The position numbers were made by a program, and so were the translations under genes. DNA of 64,000 nucleotides from positions 7,797-71,796 of the forward strand of contig DASUYU010000080.1 in NCBI GenBank assembly GCA_036377235.1, given 5' to 3'. Numbering within the stretch: position 1 is the first letter of the stretch; every line of letters begins with the position of its first letter. The notes below the pieces were generated by a model that was not told where the DNA came from, ran no database searches, and was given only the letters and a program-made list of their open reading frames with translations. Below, in pieces: positions 26,005 to 34,889 of this stretch. This DNA comes from Thermoleophilaceae bacterium (lineage in GTDB: Bacteria; Actinomycetota; Thermoleophilia; Solirubrobacterales; Thermoleophilaceae).

Positions 26005-27002
26005 AGCTGCTGCTCGCCGCTCTCGCCTGCGCCGGCGCGCTTGTGGCTGCCGGATGCGGCGAGAAACAGGACGTGCTCGAGCCGTCCGGGTCGAAGCACA
26101 TCGACCTCATGCTCGACTACTTCCCGAACGCGGACCACGCCGGCATCTACGCGGCCCAGGCCGGGGGTGACTTCAAGGAGGCGGGGCTCGACGTGGCCAT
26201 CCGGACGCCGTCCGACCCCGCAGCGCCGATCAAGCAGGTGGCAGCCGGACGCGTAGACCTCGCGATCTCGTACGAGCCCGAGGTGCTGCGCGCCCGCGAC
26301 CAGGGGCTGAAGGTCGTGAGCGTCGGGGCGCTGGTTCAGGAGCCGCTCACGTCCATCATCTCGCTGCCAAAGGCGAAGATCGCCGGGCCCGCCGACCTGA
26401 AGGGGAAGACCGTCGGCACCGCCGGGATCGACTACCAGGAGGCCTACCTCAAGACGATCCTGGCCGACGCGGGCGTGAACCCCTCGACGGTGAAGGTGCG
26501 GAACGTCGGCTTCGGCTTCAACCCCGCGCTGATCACCGGCAGGATCGACGCCGCGCTGGGCGCGTTCTGGAACTACGAGGGCGTGGACCTGCGGCTGCGC
26601 GGCAAGCGCCCGCGGATCATCCGGATCGAGAAGGCCGGCGTACCGACCTACAACGAACTGGTGCTGGTGGCGAACGAGGACTCGCTGAAGTCGGACGCCG
26701 ACAAGATCCGCGCGTTCATCGGAGCGGTCTCGCGCGGCACGCGCGCCCTCCGCCGCGATCCGAGCATGGGCATCGAGGGGCTCCTGAAGGCGAACCCGGA
26801 CCTCGACCCAAAGCTGCAGCGCGCCTCGGTGGAGGTCACGCTGCCGCTGTTCTTCCCGCCCGAGGGCAAGCCCTTCGGCTGGCAGGACCCCGGCCAGTGG
26901 GACGAGTTCTCCGCCTGGATGAAGGAGAACCAGCTCTTGGAGAACCCGCCGGACCCGGCAGCGTCGTTCAAGAACGACCTGCTGCCGGGCGCCGGGCTCT
27001 GA
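26001..27002 (+). CDS. ABC transporter substrate-binding lipoprotein (NMT1/THI5-like family)
   Basis: ATG 26001 (ATGA overlap). Lipobox LVAAGC. Motifs DYFPNADHAGIYAA and GKTVGTAGIDYQ. Confidence 0.85.
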   Translation: MKLLLAALACAGALVAAGCGEKQDVLEPSGSKHIDLMLDYFPNADHAGIYAAQAGGDFKEAGLDVAIRTPSDPAAPIKQVAAGRVDLAISYEPEVLRARDQGLKVVSVGALVQEPLTSIISLPKAKIAGPADLKGKTVGTAGIDYQEAYLKTILADAGVNPSTVKVRNVGFGFNPALITGRIDAALGAFWNYEGVDLRLRGKRPRIIRIEKAGVPTYNELVLVANEDSLKSDADKIRAFIGAVSRGTRALRRDPSMGIEGLLKANPDLDPKLQRASVEVTLPLFFPPEGKPFGWQDPGQWDEFSAWMKENQLLENPPDPAASFKNDLLPGAGL

Positions 27003-27009
27003 GAATCGG

Positions 27010-27684
27010 CTAGCTGCTGCTGCCGCTGCCGTTCGGCTGCGGGACGATCCTGATGTAGGGCTTCGGGGACTCCCACTCGCCGAAGATCTCCTTCGCCTGC
27101 TCGTCGTTCACCGAGCCGGCGATGATCACGTTGTCGCCCTGCTGCCACTGGGCCGGCGTCGCGACCTTGTGGTTAGCGGTCAGCTGGAGCGAGTCGATGA
27201 CGCGGAGCACCTCGTCGAAGTTGCGCCCGGTCGTCATTGGATAGACGAGGACCAGCTTGATCTTCTTGTCAGGGCCGATCACGAACACGTTGCGGACCGT
27301 CTGGTTGTCCGCCGGCGTGCGCTCGGTCGGGTCGCCCTCGACGTCCGCCGCAAGCATCCCGTACGCCTTCGCGACCTTGAACTCCGGATCGCCGATCAGC
27401 GGATAGTTGGGCGCCGTGCCCTGCGTCTCCTCGATGTCCTTCGCCCACTTCTCGTGGTTGTCGAGCGGGTCGATCGAGAGTCCGATGATCTTCACGCCGC
27501 GCCGATCGAACTCCGGCTTGATGTTGGCCATGTAGCCGAGCTCCGTGGTGCATACGGGAGTGAAGTCGCGCGGATGGCTGAAGAGGACTCCCCAGCTGTC
27601 ACCGAGCCAGTCGTGGAAGCTGATCGGTCCCTCGGTCGTCTCGGCCTCGAAGTCCGGCGCGGTGTCGCCGATCGTAAGAGCCAT
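27010..27684 (-). CDS. 1-Cys peroxiredoxin (Prx6-type)
   Basis: MALTIGDTAPDFEA, peroxidatic motif FSHPRDFTPVCTTE. A GGAGGA SD precedes ATG 27684. Confidence 0.92.
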   Translation of the reverse strand: MALTIGDTAPDFEAETTEGPISFHDWLGDSWGVLFSHPRDFTPVCTTELGYMANIKPEFDRRGVKIIGLSIDPLDNHEKWAKDIEETQGTAPNYPLIGDPEFKVAKAYGMLAADVEGDPTERTPADNQTVRNVFVIGPDKKIKLVLVYPMTTGRNFDEVLRVIDSLQLTANHKVATPAQWQQGDNVIIAGSVNDEQAKEIFGEWESPKPYIRIVPQPNGSGSSS

Positions 27685-27724
27685 CAAATCCTCCGGGATT
27701 TAGGGGGTTTCGCCAAGACTACCG

Positions 27725-27760
27725 CCGTGCGAATGCGCACGGCCACGGGCAGTGCCCGTG
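27725..27760 (-). terminator. Two tandem 7-bp GC-rich hairpins downstream of the PD40 gene
   Basis: Hairpin 1 is CCGTGCG-aatg-CGCACGG (27725-27742). Hairpin 2 is CACGGGC-agt-GCCCGTG (27744-27760). There is no U-tract, so the terminator role is tentative. Confidence 0.4.
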
Positions 27761-27799
27761 ACCGCGCGATTCAGCGTGCCTCGGCTTCCGCGGAGGCGA

Positions 27800-28849
27800 T
27801 CAGCGAGTCGAGTAGTAGATGTCCGCGGTGCTCACCGCCCCCGGCGCGCGGCCGAAGTAGAGCGTCCCGCCGTCCCACGAGAGCGATGGGCGGGTCTCGC
27901 CGGCCGTGGTGTTCACGGGCCCGCCGACGTTCTCGGGCGTGCTCCACGTGTCGTTCGGACCCTTGCGCGTCGCCGTCCAGATGTCCTGGCCGCCGAGCGT
28001 TCCCATCCGGTTGGAGGCGAAGACCACCTCGCGACCGCCACGGCGCACGTTCGGCTGGATGTCGATGAGCGGGCTGTTCAGCTCGGCAACGAGCTCCGGC
28101 GGACCGAAGCTGCCGTCGCCGTGTCGCCAGCTGCGGTAGATGTCGCCGCTGGCCTGGGGGCCGCTCGGGACCCCGCTCGAGTAGTAGAGCACCGGCCCAC
28201 CCGCCTTCACGTAGGACGGGCCCTGCTCGTCGAGCTCGGTGTTCGGGCCGCCGTCGTCCTTGCAGTCGAGGTGCTGCGGCTCCTCCCAGCCCTGGCCGGG
28301 ATTCAGACGGGTCAGATAGATGTCACCCATCCCGCAGGTCACGCCGGGGTTCACGCGCCGGCTCACGAAGAACAGGCTGCCGCCGCGGGTCGGCGTCGGG
28401 CAGAAGTCGTCGAATATCGAGTTGACGGGCTCGCCCAGGTTCTCCGGGGTCCCCCACGGGTCGTCCTTCGAGTCGCGGTGCGCCACCCAGATGTCGATGT
28501 CGGTGCGCAGGTCACCGGCGAAACGCGGACGCGTGGACGCGAAGTACAGGCTGCGCCCGTCCGGCGACTCGATCGGGCAGCCGTCCTGGAAGCCGGGCAC
28601 GTTGAAGCCCACCGCCGTAGGAGTGCCCCACGCGCCGGACGCCGGCGCCGCCTGAGCCGAGCCGGCGGCGACCACCAGCAGCAGCACGATCCCGAGCAGG
28701 CAGGTCAGGACGTGGCGCCGCGCCAGGAAGGCGCCTATCCCAATCGCGCCAACCGCGACCACAGCGGCGGCGCCGATGGCCGCATCACCCCAATCGAACC
28801 CTCCGTCTGACTGCACCTCAACGACGCGGACTGGAACTGTTTTGGTCAT
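27800..28849 (-). CDS. Membrane-anchored/secreted PD40 (TolB-like) beta-propeller repeat protein
   Basis: ATG 28849: MTKTVPV..., with a hydrophobic anchor. Repeated PD40-like units are present: SPDGRSLYFAS...DIWVA, GGSLFFVS...DIYL, GGREVVFASNR...DIWTA, DGGTLYF. Confidence 0.75.
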   Translation of the reverse strand: MTKTVPVRVVEVQSDGGFDWGDAAIGAAAVVAVGAIGIGAFLARRHVLTCLLGIVLLLVVAAGSAQAAPASGAWGTPTAVGFNVPGFQDGCPIESPDGRSLYFASTRPRFAGDLRTDIDIWVAHRDSKDDPWGTPENLGEPVNSIFDDFCPTPTRGGSLFFVSRRVNPGVTCGMGDIYLTRLNPGQGWEEPQHLDCKDDGGPNTELDEQGPSYVKAGGPVLYYSSGVPSGPQASGDIYRSWRHGDGSFGPPELVAELNSPLIDIQPNVRRGGREVVFASNRMGTLGGQDIWTATRKGPNDTWSTPENVGGPVNTTAGETRPSLSWDGGTLYFGRAPGAVSTADIYYSTR

Positions 28850-28948
28850 GGCGCGCAGCCTGCGCCCGCGCGACAGCGGATCGGTTGCAAGCGCCTGCAT
28901 TTCGGCAAAATCGAGCTTTTCGGGTTAGCGTGGCCCGGGCGGACGAGG

Positions 28949-31900
28949 ATGATGGACTTCCGCATATTGGGCTCGCTGGAGGCCGTCGACGGGACGCGAC
29001 GGATCGCGCTCGGCGGCGCGAAGCAGAAGGCCGTCCTGGCGATCCTGCTGCTGCACCGCGACCAGCCGGTGTCCGTGGACCGGCTCGTGGACGAGCTCTG
29101 GGGCGAAGCGCCGCCCGACACAGCCGTTAAGACCGTCCAGGTCTACATCTCGAGGCTTCGTAAGGAGCTCGGGGAGGGGGTCGTGCTGACCCGCGAGGGC
29201 GGCTACGTGCTCGACGTCGAACCCGGCCAGGTGGATGCCGCACGCTTCGAGAGCTTGGCCCGCGAGGGCCGCGAGGCGCTCGAGGGCGGCGACCCAGGGC
29301 GAGCGCGCGCCCTGCTCCAGGAGGCACTCGACATCTGGCGCGGTCCGCCGCTCGCCGACCTGGCCTACGAGCAGTTCGCGCAGTCCGGGATCGCCCGGCT
29401 CGGCGAGCTCCGGCTGCTGGCGCTCGAGGAGCGCATCGAGGCGGACCTGGCGCTCGGCCGCCACTCGGCCCTGGTCCCCGAGCTCGAGACGCTCGTCCGG
29501 GAGCATCCGGACCGGGAGCGGCTTCGAGGGCAGCTCATGCTCGCCCTCTACCGCTCCGGCCGCCAGGCGGACGCACTCGCGAGCTATCAGGACGCGCGCC
29601 GGGCGTTCGCCGAGCGGCTCGGGCTCGAGCCGAGCCGCGAGCTCCAGGCCCTCGAGCAGTCGATCCTCCGGCAGGACCCCGCACTGGACGCCCCCGCCGT
29701 CAGCCGGCGCCCCGCTGCGGCCGGCCGCCAGCGCGGCGCCGGTGTGCTGGTCGCACTCGGCGGCTTGATTCTGCTCCTCGCCGCTGTGGCCGCGATGTTC
29801 GCCACGGGCGACGAGGCGTCGACCCCGGACCGCGCGACGGGCAACTCGCTGGCCGTGATCGACCCCGAGGCGGGCCGGCTCGTCGCGACCATCCCGACCG
29901 GCGTGCGGCCGACCGACGTCGCGCTTGGCGCCGGGTACGTCTGGGTCGCGAACCGCGACGACAACACGGTCACGCAGATCGCGCCGCGCGCCAGGAGGGT
30001 CGTGAGCACGACGTCACCGGGCCTGAGCGTCGCCGGGCTCGCGGCCGACGAGAACGGCGCCTGGGTGGGCGACATCCGCAGGACGAGGCTCGTGAGGCTC
30101 GATCCCGGCTTCCGGTCGGTCGTGCGGTCCGTGCGGATCGCGCCGGTCACCGAGGGATTCGGCGAGCTCGGCGCGAACCCCGTCGCGATCGGCCACGGGG
30201 CGATCTGGACCGGCCGCGCGTTCGGCGCCGTCGCACGCGTGGACGCGGCCAACGAGAAGGTCACCGCGAGGGTCTCGGTCGGGAACGACCCGAGCGCCAT
30301 CGCCACCGGTGCGGGCGGCGTGTGGGTCACGGACGCCAACGACAACACAGTGACGCGCATCGACCCGGCGAGCGAGGGCGCCGTGATCGCGACCACCTCT
30401 GTGGGACAGGGGCCGACCGCCCTGGCGGTGGGGGCGGGAGGTGTGTGGGTGGCGAACACGCAGGACGACACCGTCTCGCGGATCGATCCGAGGACCGCGA
30501 CGGTCACCCACACGATCCCGGTCGGTCGCCGGCCGACCGGCGTCGCGGTCGGCCAGGGAGCGGTATGGGTGGCGAACAGCCTGAGCGGCACGCTCGATCG
30601 CATCGACCCGCGGACGATGCGGGTCGAGTCGACCGTGGAGGTGGGCGCGGCGCCGCAGGGCGTGGCCGTCGGGCACGGCCTCGTGTGGGTGAGCGTTCAG
30701 CGCAGGGCACCCGCGCCACCGCCCCCGCCGGCCAATGCTCCCGGCGGCGTGGCGCGGCTGCTGGTCTCAGGCGGCACCGACACCACCGACCCCGCGCTCC
30801 AGATCGACCTCCAGCGCAACGGGGCCACGTGCGCGATGCTCTACAACTACCCCGACCGGCCGTTCCCCGACGGAGCGCGCCTCCAGCCCGAGGTGGCGAG
30901 CGGGCCGCCGTCCGTGTCAGCCGACAGGCTCAGGTACACGATCCGGATCCGCGAGGGCTTCCGCTTTTCGCCGCCCTCGAACCAGCCGGTCACCGCCGCC
31001 GCGTTCGAGCGCGCGATCGAGCGTGCGGTCGACCCGAAGACGGGGTCGTTCGCGGCCGAGCTCGCGAAGAACGTTGCCCACGTCAGGGCACGGGGCGACA
31101 TGCTGAGGCTCACCCTGCGGAAGCCCGCCCCGAGCATCGTCTCGCTCCTCGCCGCTCCCTACTTCTGCGCCGTGCCGCCCGACACGCCGAGCAGGCCCGA
31201 GGGCGTCGACACCCTGCCCTCCGCCGGGCCCTACTACGTCGCGTCGTTCGTGCCCGGCCGCGCCATCGTGCTGCGGCGGAACCCGAACTACTCGGGGCCG
31301 CGACCTCACCGGCTTGCCGAGATCCGCATCCGCACCGGGGTGTCCCCGGAACGAGCTGTCGGCGCCGTCGAGGCGGGGCGCGCCGATTACGCGGTGCTCA
31401 ACCCGCCCGGCGACCCGTCGGTGTCCCCCGCCACGGAGCGGAGGCTCCTTAGGCGCTACGGACCCGGCAGTGACGCCGCCCGCGCGGGCCGTCAGCGCGT
31501 GTTCACCCAGCCAACGCCCAACATCTACTACTTCGCCTTCAACACGCACCACGGGCCATTCGCCGACGTGCGCCTGCGGAAGGCCGTCAACTTCGCCATG
31601 GACCGGCGTGCGCTCGCGCTCCACACGGGCCTCGGCGAGGACGGGCGGCCCACCGACCAGCACATCCCGCCGGGACTGCCGGGCTTCGAGGACGCCGCGA
31701 TCTACCCGCTCGGCGGGCCCGACCTGGCCGCCGCGCGCCGGCTCGCGGGTACCGCTCACCACCGCGCCGTCCTCTACACGTGCGACTACCCCGCCTGCTC
31801 GCGCCACGGCCAGATATTGAGGTCCAACCTGAGCGCGATCGGGATCGACCTCGAGGTGCGGGAATTCTCGATCCCGGAGCTGTTCGGTCGGCTGCAGAAG

Positions 31901-32236
31901 CCCGGCGAGCCATTCGACATCGGCTATTCGAACTGGTTCTTCGACTACGCCGACCCGTCCAGCTACATCAACGAGCAGTTCGCCACCGACGGCTTCTACC
32001 ACCTGTTCGACGATGCCCACTGGCAGCAGCGAATGGACGCCGCCGCTCGCCTGTCCGGCACGGAGCGGATCCGCGCCTACGCGCGGCTCGACCGCGAGCT
32101 CGCGGCGGACGCGGCGCCCGCCGCGCCCTTCGCGACCGGAACCGCGACCTACTTCCTGTCAGCGCGGATGGGCTGCCAGGTCCTGCACCCCATCTTCGGG
32201 CTGGACCTGGCCGCGCTCTGCATCAAGCGCCGCTAG
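28949..32236 (+). CDS. SARP-family regulator (OmpR/PhoB winged helix + BTAD) with one TM segment, a 7-bladed beta-propeller and a family-5 solute-binding domain
   Basis: N-terminus: [10 protein letters not shown]...[11 protein letters not shown]...VDELWGE...[12 protein letters not shown], then BTAD (DAARFE...[15 protein letters not shown]...LGLEPS). TM segment around 29741-29803. Seven repeats of the type ...GxxPxxVAVGxGxVWVAN..DxTVxRIDP. C-terminal SBP_bac_5-like region (YNYPD..., [16 protein letters not shown]). Confidence 0.85.
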   Translation: MMDFRILGSLEAVDGTRRIALGGAKQKAVLAILLLHRDQPVSVDRLVDELWGEAPPDTAVKTVQVYISRLRKELGEGVVLTREGGYVLDVEPGQVDAARFESLAREGREALEGGDPGRARALLQEALDIWRGPPLADLAYEQFAQSGIARLGELRLLALEERIEADLALGRHSALVPELETLVREHPDRERLRGQLMLALYRSGRQADALASYQDARRAFAERLGLEPSRELQALEQSILRQDPALDAPAVSRRPAAAGRQRGAGVLVALGGLILLLAAVAAMFATGDEASTPDRATGNSLAVIDPEAGRLVATIPTGVRPTDVALGAGYVWVANRDDNTVTQIAPRARRVVSTTSPGLSVAGLAADENGAWVGDIRRTRLVRLDPGFRSVVRSVRIAPVTEGFGELGANPVAIGHGAIWTGRAFGAVARVDAANEKVTARVSVGNDPSAIATGAGGVWVTDANDNTVTRIDPASEGAVIATTSVGQGPTALAVGAGGVWVANTQDDTVSRIDPRTATVTHTIPVGRRPTGVAVGQGAVWVANSLSGTLDRIDPRTMRVESTVEVGAAPQGVAVGHGLVWVSVQRRAPAPPPPPANAPGGVARLLVSGGTDTTDPALQIDLQRNGATCAMLYNYPDRPFPDGARLQPEVASGPPSVSADRLRYTIRIREGFRFSPPSNQPVTAAAFERAIERAVDPKTGSFAAELAKNVAHVRARGDMLRLTLRKPAPSIVSLLAAPYFCAVPPDTPSRPEGVDTLPSAGPYYVASFVPGRAIVLRRNPNYSGPRPHRLAEIRIRTGVSPERAVGAVEAGRADYAVLNPPGDPSVSPATERRLLRRYGPGSDAARAGRQRVFTQPTPNIYYFAFNTHHGPFADVRLRKAVNFAMDRRALALHTGLGEDGRPTDQHIPPGLPGFEDAAIYPLGGPDLAAARRLAGTAHHRAVLYTCDYPACSRHGQILRSNLSAIGIDLEVREFSIPELFGRLQKPGEPFDIGYSNWFFDYADPSSYINEQFATDGFYHLFDDAHWQQRMDAAARLSGTERIRAYARLDRELAADAAPAAPFATGTATYFLSARMGCQVLHPIFGLDLAALCIKRR

Positions 32237-32628
32237 CTCTCGTCGAGGTCCAGCGACAGCGAGTTGATGCAGTAGCGCTGGCCCCCGGGGCCGGGGCCGT
32301 CCGGGAAGACGTGGCCCAGGTGGCTGCCGCAGCGGGCGCAGGTGACCTCGGTGCGGACCATGCCGAGGCTCCGGTCCTCGTGCAGCTCCACGGCGTCGGC
32401 CACGGCGGGCTCCGTGAAGCTCGGCCAGCCGGTGCCGGAGTCGAACTTCGCGTCGGAGCGGAACAGCTCGTTGCCGCAGGCGCCGCAGCGGTAGACGCCG
32501 TCTGCATGCGAATCCGTGTAGGCGCCGGTGAACGGCGGCTCGGTGCCCTTCTCGCGCAGGACGTGGAAGCGGTCGGGCGAGAGCTCCTCGCGCCATTCCC
32601 GCTCGGTCTTATCGAGCTTCTCTGTCAT
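32233..32628 (-). CDS. msrB: Peptide-methionine (R)-S-oxide reductase
   Basis: Two CxxC pairs ([21 protein letters not shown]), plus GTGWPSF and the catalytic RYCINS. Confidence 0.95.
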   Translation of the reverse strand: MTEKLDKTEREWREELSPDRFHVLREKGTEPPFTGAYTDSHADGVYRCGACGNELFRSDAKFDSGTGWPSFTEPAVADAVELHEDRSLGMVRTEVTCARCGSHLGHVFPDGPGPGGQRYCINSLSLDLDES

Positions 32629-33449
32629 CTCAGGTGGCCTCTCTGTAGGGCGTAGCAGCCTGCAAGAGCAGCGTACTCGCCGTAGGGAGCGAAGAACTCG
32701 CGCACCTCCTCCTCCGTGGCGCGGCGGCCGAGGCCGGCGGCGAGGCCCACGAACTTCAGATAGGCCACGTCCAGCGCGGGCAGCTGGTCGTCGCGGCCCT
32801 GGCCCGCCACGGCGAGCATCTCGAGCGTCCAGTTGCCGATGTTCGGGATGGCTCGCAGCCGCCGCCAGGCCGGCTCGTGCTGCGCGAGGTCGGCCCGGCC
32901 CGAAGCCACCTCGCGGGCGACCCGGACCAGCGCGATCGACCGCTTCGGGGCGAGCCCGCAGGCATCAAGCTCGGCGGGCGAGCGGCCGGCCAGGAACGCG
33001 GCGGAGGGCGGCGCCCGGAGCGTGCCGCAGGCGCTGCGTCGCCCGTGACGGCGCACGATCTTCCGCTGGATGGCGGCCGCGCGGCCCGACTCGATCAGCT
33101 GCTCGCACACCGCCCAGGCCAGCGCCTCGAACGGCTCCGGGCGCCGCCGCGGCCGCACCCACGGCTTCCGGCGGATCACGGGCCCGATCAGAGGGTCCCA
33201 GCGGAAGCGGGTGTGGAACTCGGTGAGGTCGTGGTCCGTGCCCAGCCCGAAGCGCATGCGCTCGATGCCGGCCGCGCACGCCTCCCTCGACGGACCCTCG
33301 ACGCGGATCCTGACGGCGCGCCCCGCGGCCCACGCGCGCGCGAGCACCTCCTCCTCGCCGACCCACAGCACCCTGGCGAGCGTCCGGTCACGGAGCACCA
33401 TCACCCCGTCGCGGCCCGGCCCGGGCAGCCGGTACGGCCCCGAGGGCAC
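32625..33449 (-). CDS. DNA-3-methyladenine glycosylase II-like (AlkA/HhH-GPD family)
   Basis: Sequence: [44 protein letters not shown]. An ATGA overlap connects it to the msrB start. Confidence 0.7.
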   Translation of the reverse strand: MPSGPYRLPGPGRDGVMVLRDRTLARVLWVGEEEVLARAWAAGRAVRIRVEGPSREACAAGIERMRFGLGTDHDLTEFHTRFRWDPLIGPVIRRKPWVRPRRRPEPFEALAWAVCEQLIESGRAAAIQRKIVRRHGRRSACGTLRAPPSAAFLAGRSPAELDACGLAPKRSIALVRVAREVASGRADLAQHEPAWRRLRAIPNIGNWTLEMLAVAGQGRDDQLPALDVAYLKFVGLAAGLGRRATEEEVREFFAPYGEYAALAGCYALQRGHLR

Positions 33450-33472
33450 GACGTCCTGCTCGACGGCGGCGG

Positions 33473-33745
33473 CTATCGGTCCTTCAGGAGGTGGATGTCG
33501 ACGAGGAACGAGCGCGACGCGGCGACCTCGGACTTCTTGCGCCGCCCGCCGAGGCGGAGCACCGGCGCCTTGGGCCGTCGAAGCACCCGTACGGCGAGGA
33601 AGGTGATCACGCCGAGCAGAAAGCCGCCCGCGGCCGTGGCGACGACCGCCGGCAGGGACACCGGGGGGCGCCTTTCGATGGGGCGTGCCTCGGCGAGGAC
33701 GGGCAGGTTGTCGCTCACGTCGGCCAAGTCGCTCACGTGGGCCAA
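33473..33745 (-). CDS. Small single-TM hypothetical protein
   Basis: 90 aa with a central hydrophobic helix (AVVATAAGGFLLGVITFLAV) followed by a basic stretch. Confidence 0.45.
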   Translation of the reverse strand: MAHVSDLADVSDNLPVLAEARPIERRPPVSLPAVVATAAGGFLLGVITFLAVRVLRRPKAPVLRLGGRRKKSEVAASRSFLVDIHLLKDR

Positions 33746-33749
33746 CGTA

Positions 33750-34874
33750 TCAAAGGGTTCGCTCGTACACGCGGTACTTCTTCACGATCTGGCCGCCCAT
33801 CGCCTCCATGGCGCGGTTCATCGCCTTGTTCGTCTCGAGGATCCAGCCCATCTCGCCCCACTTCACGCGCGTGGTCTCGGCCATGTCGAAGTGCTCTGCG
33901 TACAGCCCGGCCGCCACACCCGTGTGCTGGTAGGCCGGCTTCACGCCGAGAAAGCCGACCCGGCACCGGTCGATCGTGCGCTTCTTCCGCAGGTAGTGCC
34001 ACCAGCCGAGGGGCAGCAGCCGCCCGTTCATCCGCTTCAGCACCTGGTTCACGTCGGGCACCGTGATCGCCATCCCCACGGTCTTCCCACCGGCGTCCTC
34101 GGCGATCATGAACCAGTCGCGGTCGTAGACCAGCTGCAGCTCCTGCGCGTACGCGTCGAGGTCCTCGCCGGAGTACGGCACGAACCCCCAGTTGCGCGAC
34201 CACGCCTCGTTGTAGATCTCCGCGAACGCGTCGAGCTCGCGGCGCAGCCGGAGGCGGCTCATCTTCCGGATCCGGATCCCGTGCTTCGGCTCCAGCTGCT
34301 CGGCGAGGTCCCAGATGATCGGCATGACCTTGTCGCGCCCGACGATGTGGAGCTGCCACATGAAGGCGTCCACCGCCTTCTCCAGCCCGGCCTCCTCGCA
34401 CAGCCGCTGGTAGTACGGCGGGTGCCAGGCCTGGCGGACCATCGGCTCGCGCTCGAAGCCCTCGATCAGCACGCCGCTCTCGTCGTTCATGGTGAAGTCC
34501 ATCGGGCCGACCATCCGGTCGCGGCCGCGCTCGCGGAGCCAGCCGGCAGCGGCGTCGAGGAGCGCCCGCGCGACCTCGGGATCGTCCTCCAGCTCGAGGA
34601 AGCCGAACATCCCCCAGGCGTTCTCGTGGAAGTCGTTGAAGGCGGTGTCGATCTGAGCGCTGATGCGACCGGCGACCCGCCCGTCGCGACGCGCGAGGAA
34701 CAGCTGTGCCTCACCGTGCTTGAAGAATGCGTTGAAGCGAGGGGTGAGAAACAGCCTGCGCTCTATGCGGAGCGGGGGAATCCACTGTTCCTCGTTAGCA
34801 TGCAGCCGGAACGGAAGCTCTATGAACTCGCGCATATCGCCGCGCGAGGCGACGGGCTCCACCTCGACTGACAC
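33750..34874 (-). CDS. Two-lobed GNAT-fold acyltransferase (candidate N-acyltransferase, bCerS-like hypothesis)
   Basis: 374 aa: MREFIELPFRLH..., RISAQID..., then a second lobe with GFLGVKPAYQHTGVAAGLY (acyl-CoA binding-like). GTG start at 34874. It is divergent from the SPT-like gene with only a 15-bp gap. Confidence 0.7.
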   Translation of the reverse strand: MSVEVEPVASRGDMREFIELPFRLHANEEQWIPPLRIERRLFLTPRFNAFFKHGEAQLFLARRDGRVAGRISAQIDTAFNDFHENAWGMFGFLELEDDPEVARALLDAAAGWLRERGRDRMVGPMDFTMNDESGVLIEGFEREPMVRQAWHPPYYQRLCEEAGLEKAVDAFMWQLHIVGRDKVMPIIWDLAEQLEPKHGIRIRKMSRLRLRRELDAFAEIYNEAWSRNWGFVPYSGEDLDAYAQELQLVYDRDWFMIAEDAGGKTVGMAITVPDVNQVLKRMNGRLLPLGWWHYLRKKRTIDRCRVGFLGVKPAYQHTGVAAGLYAEHFDMAETTRVKWGEMGWILETNKAMNRAMEAMGGQIVKKYRVYERTL

Positions 34875-34889
34875 GGCGCGGGACTGTAT

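Noticed and set aside
32528-33226. 232-aa plus-strand ORF and neighbours, rich in Arg/Pro/Ala/Gly
   Set aside because: It is antisense to the AlkA-like glycosylase gene, with a low-complexity translation and no motifs.
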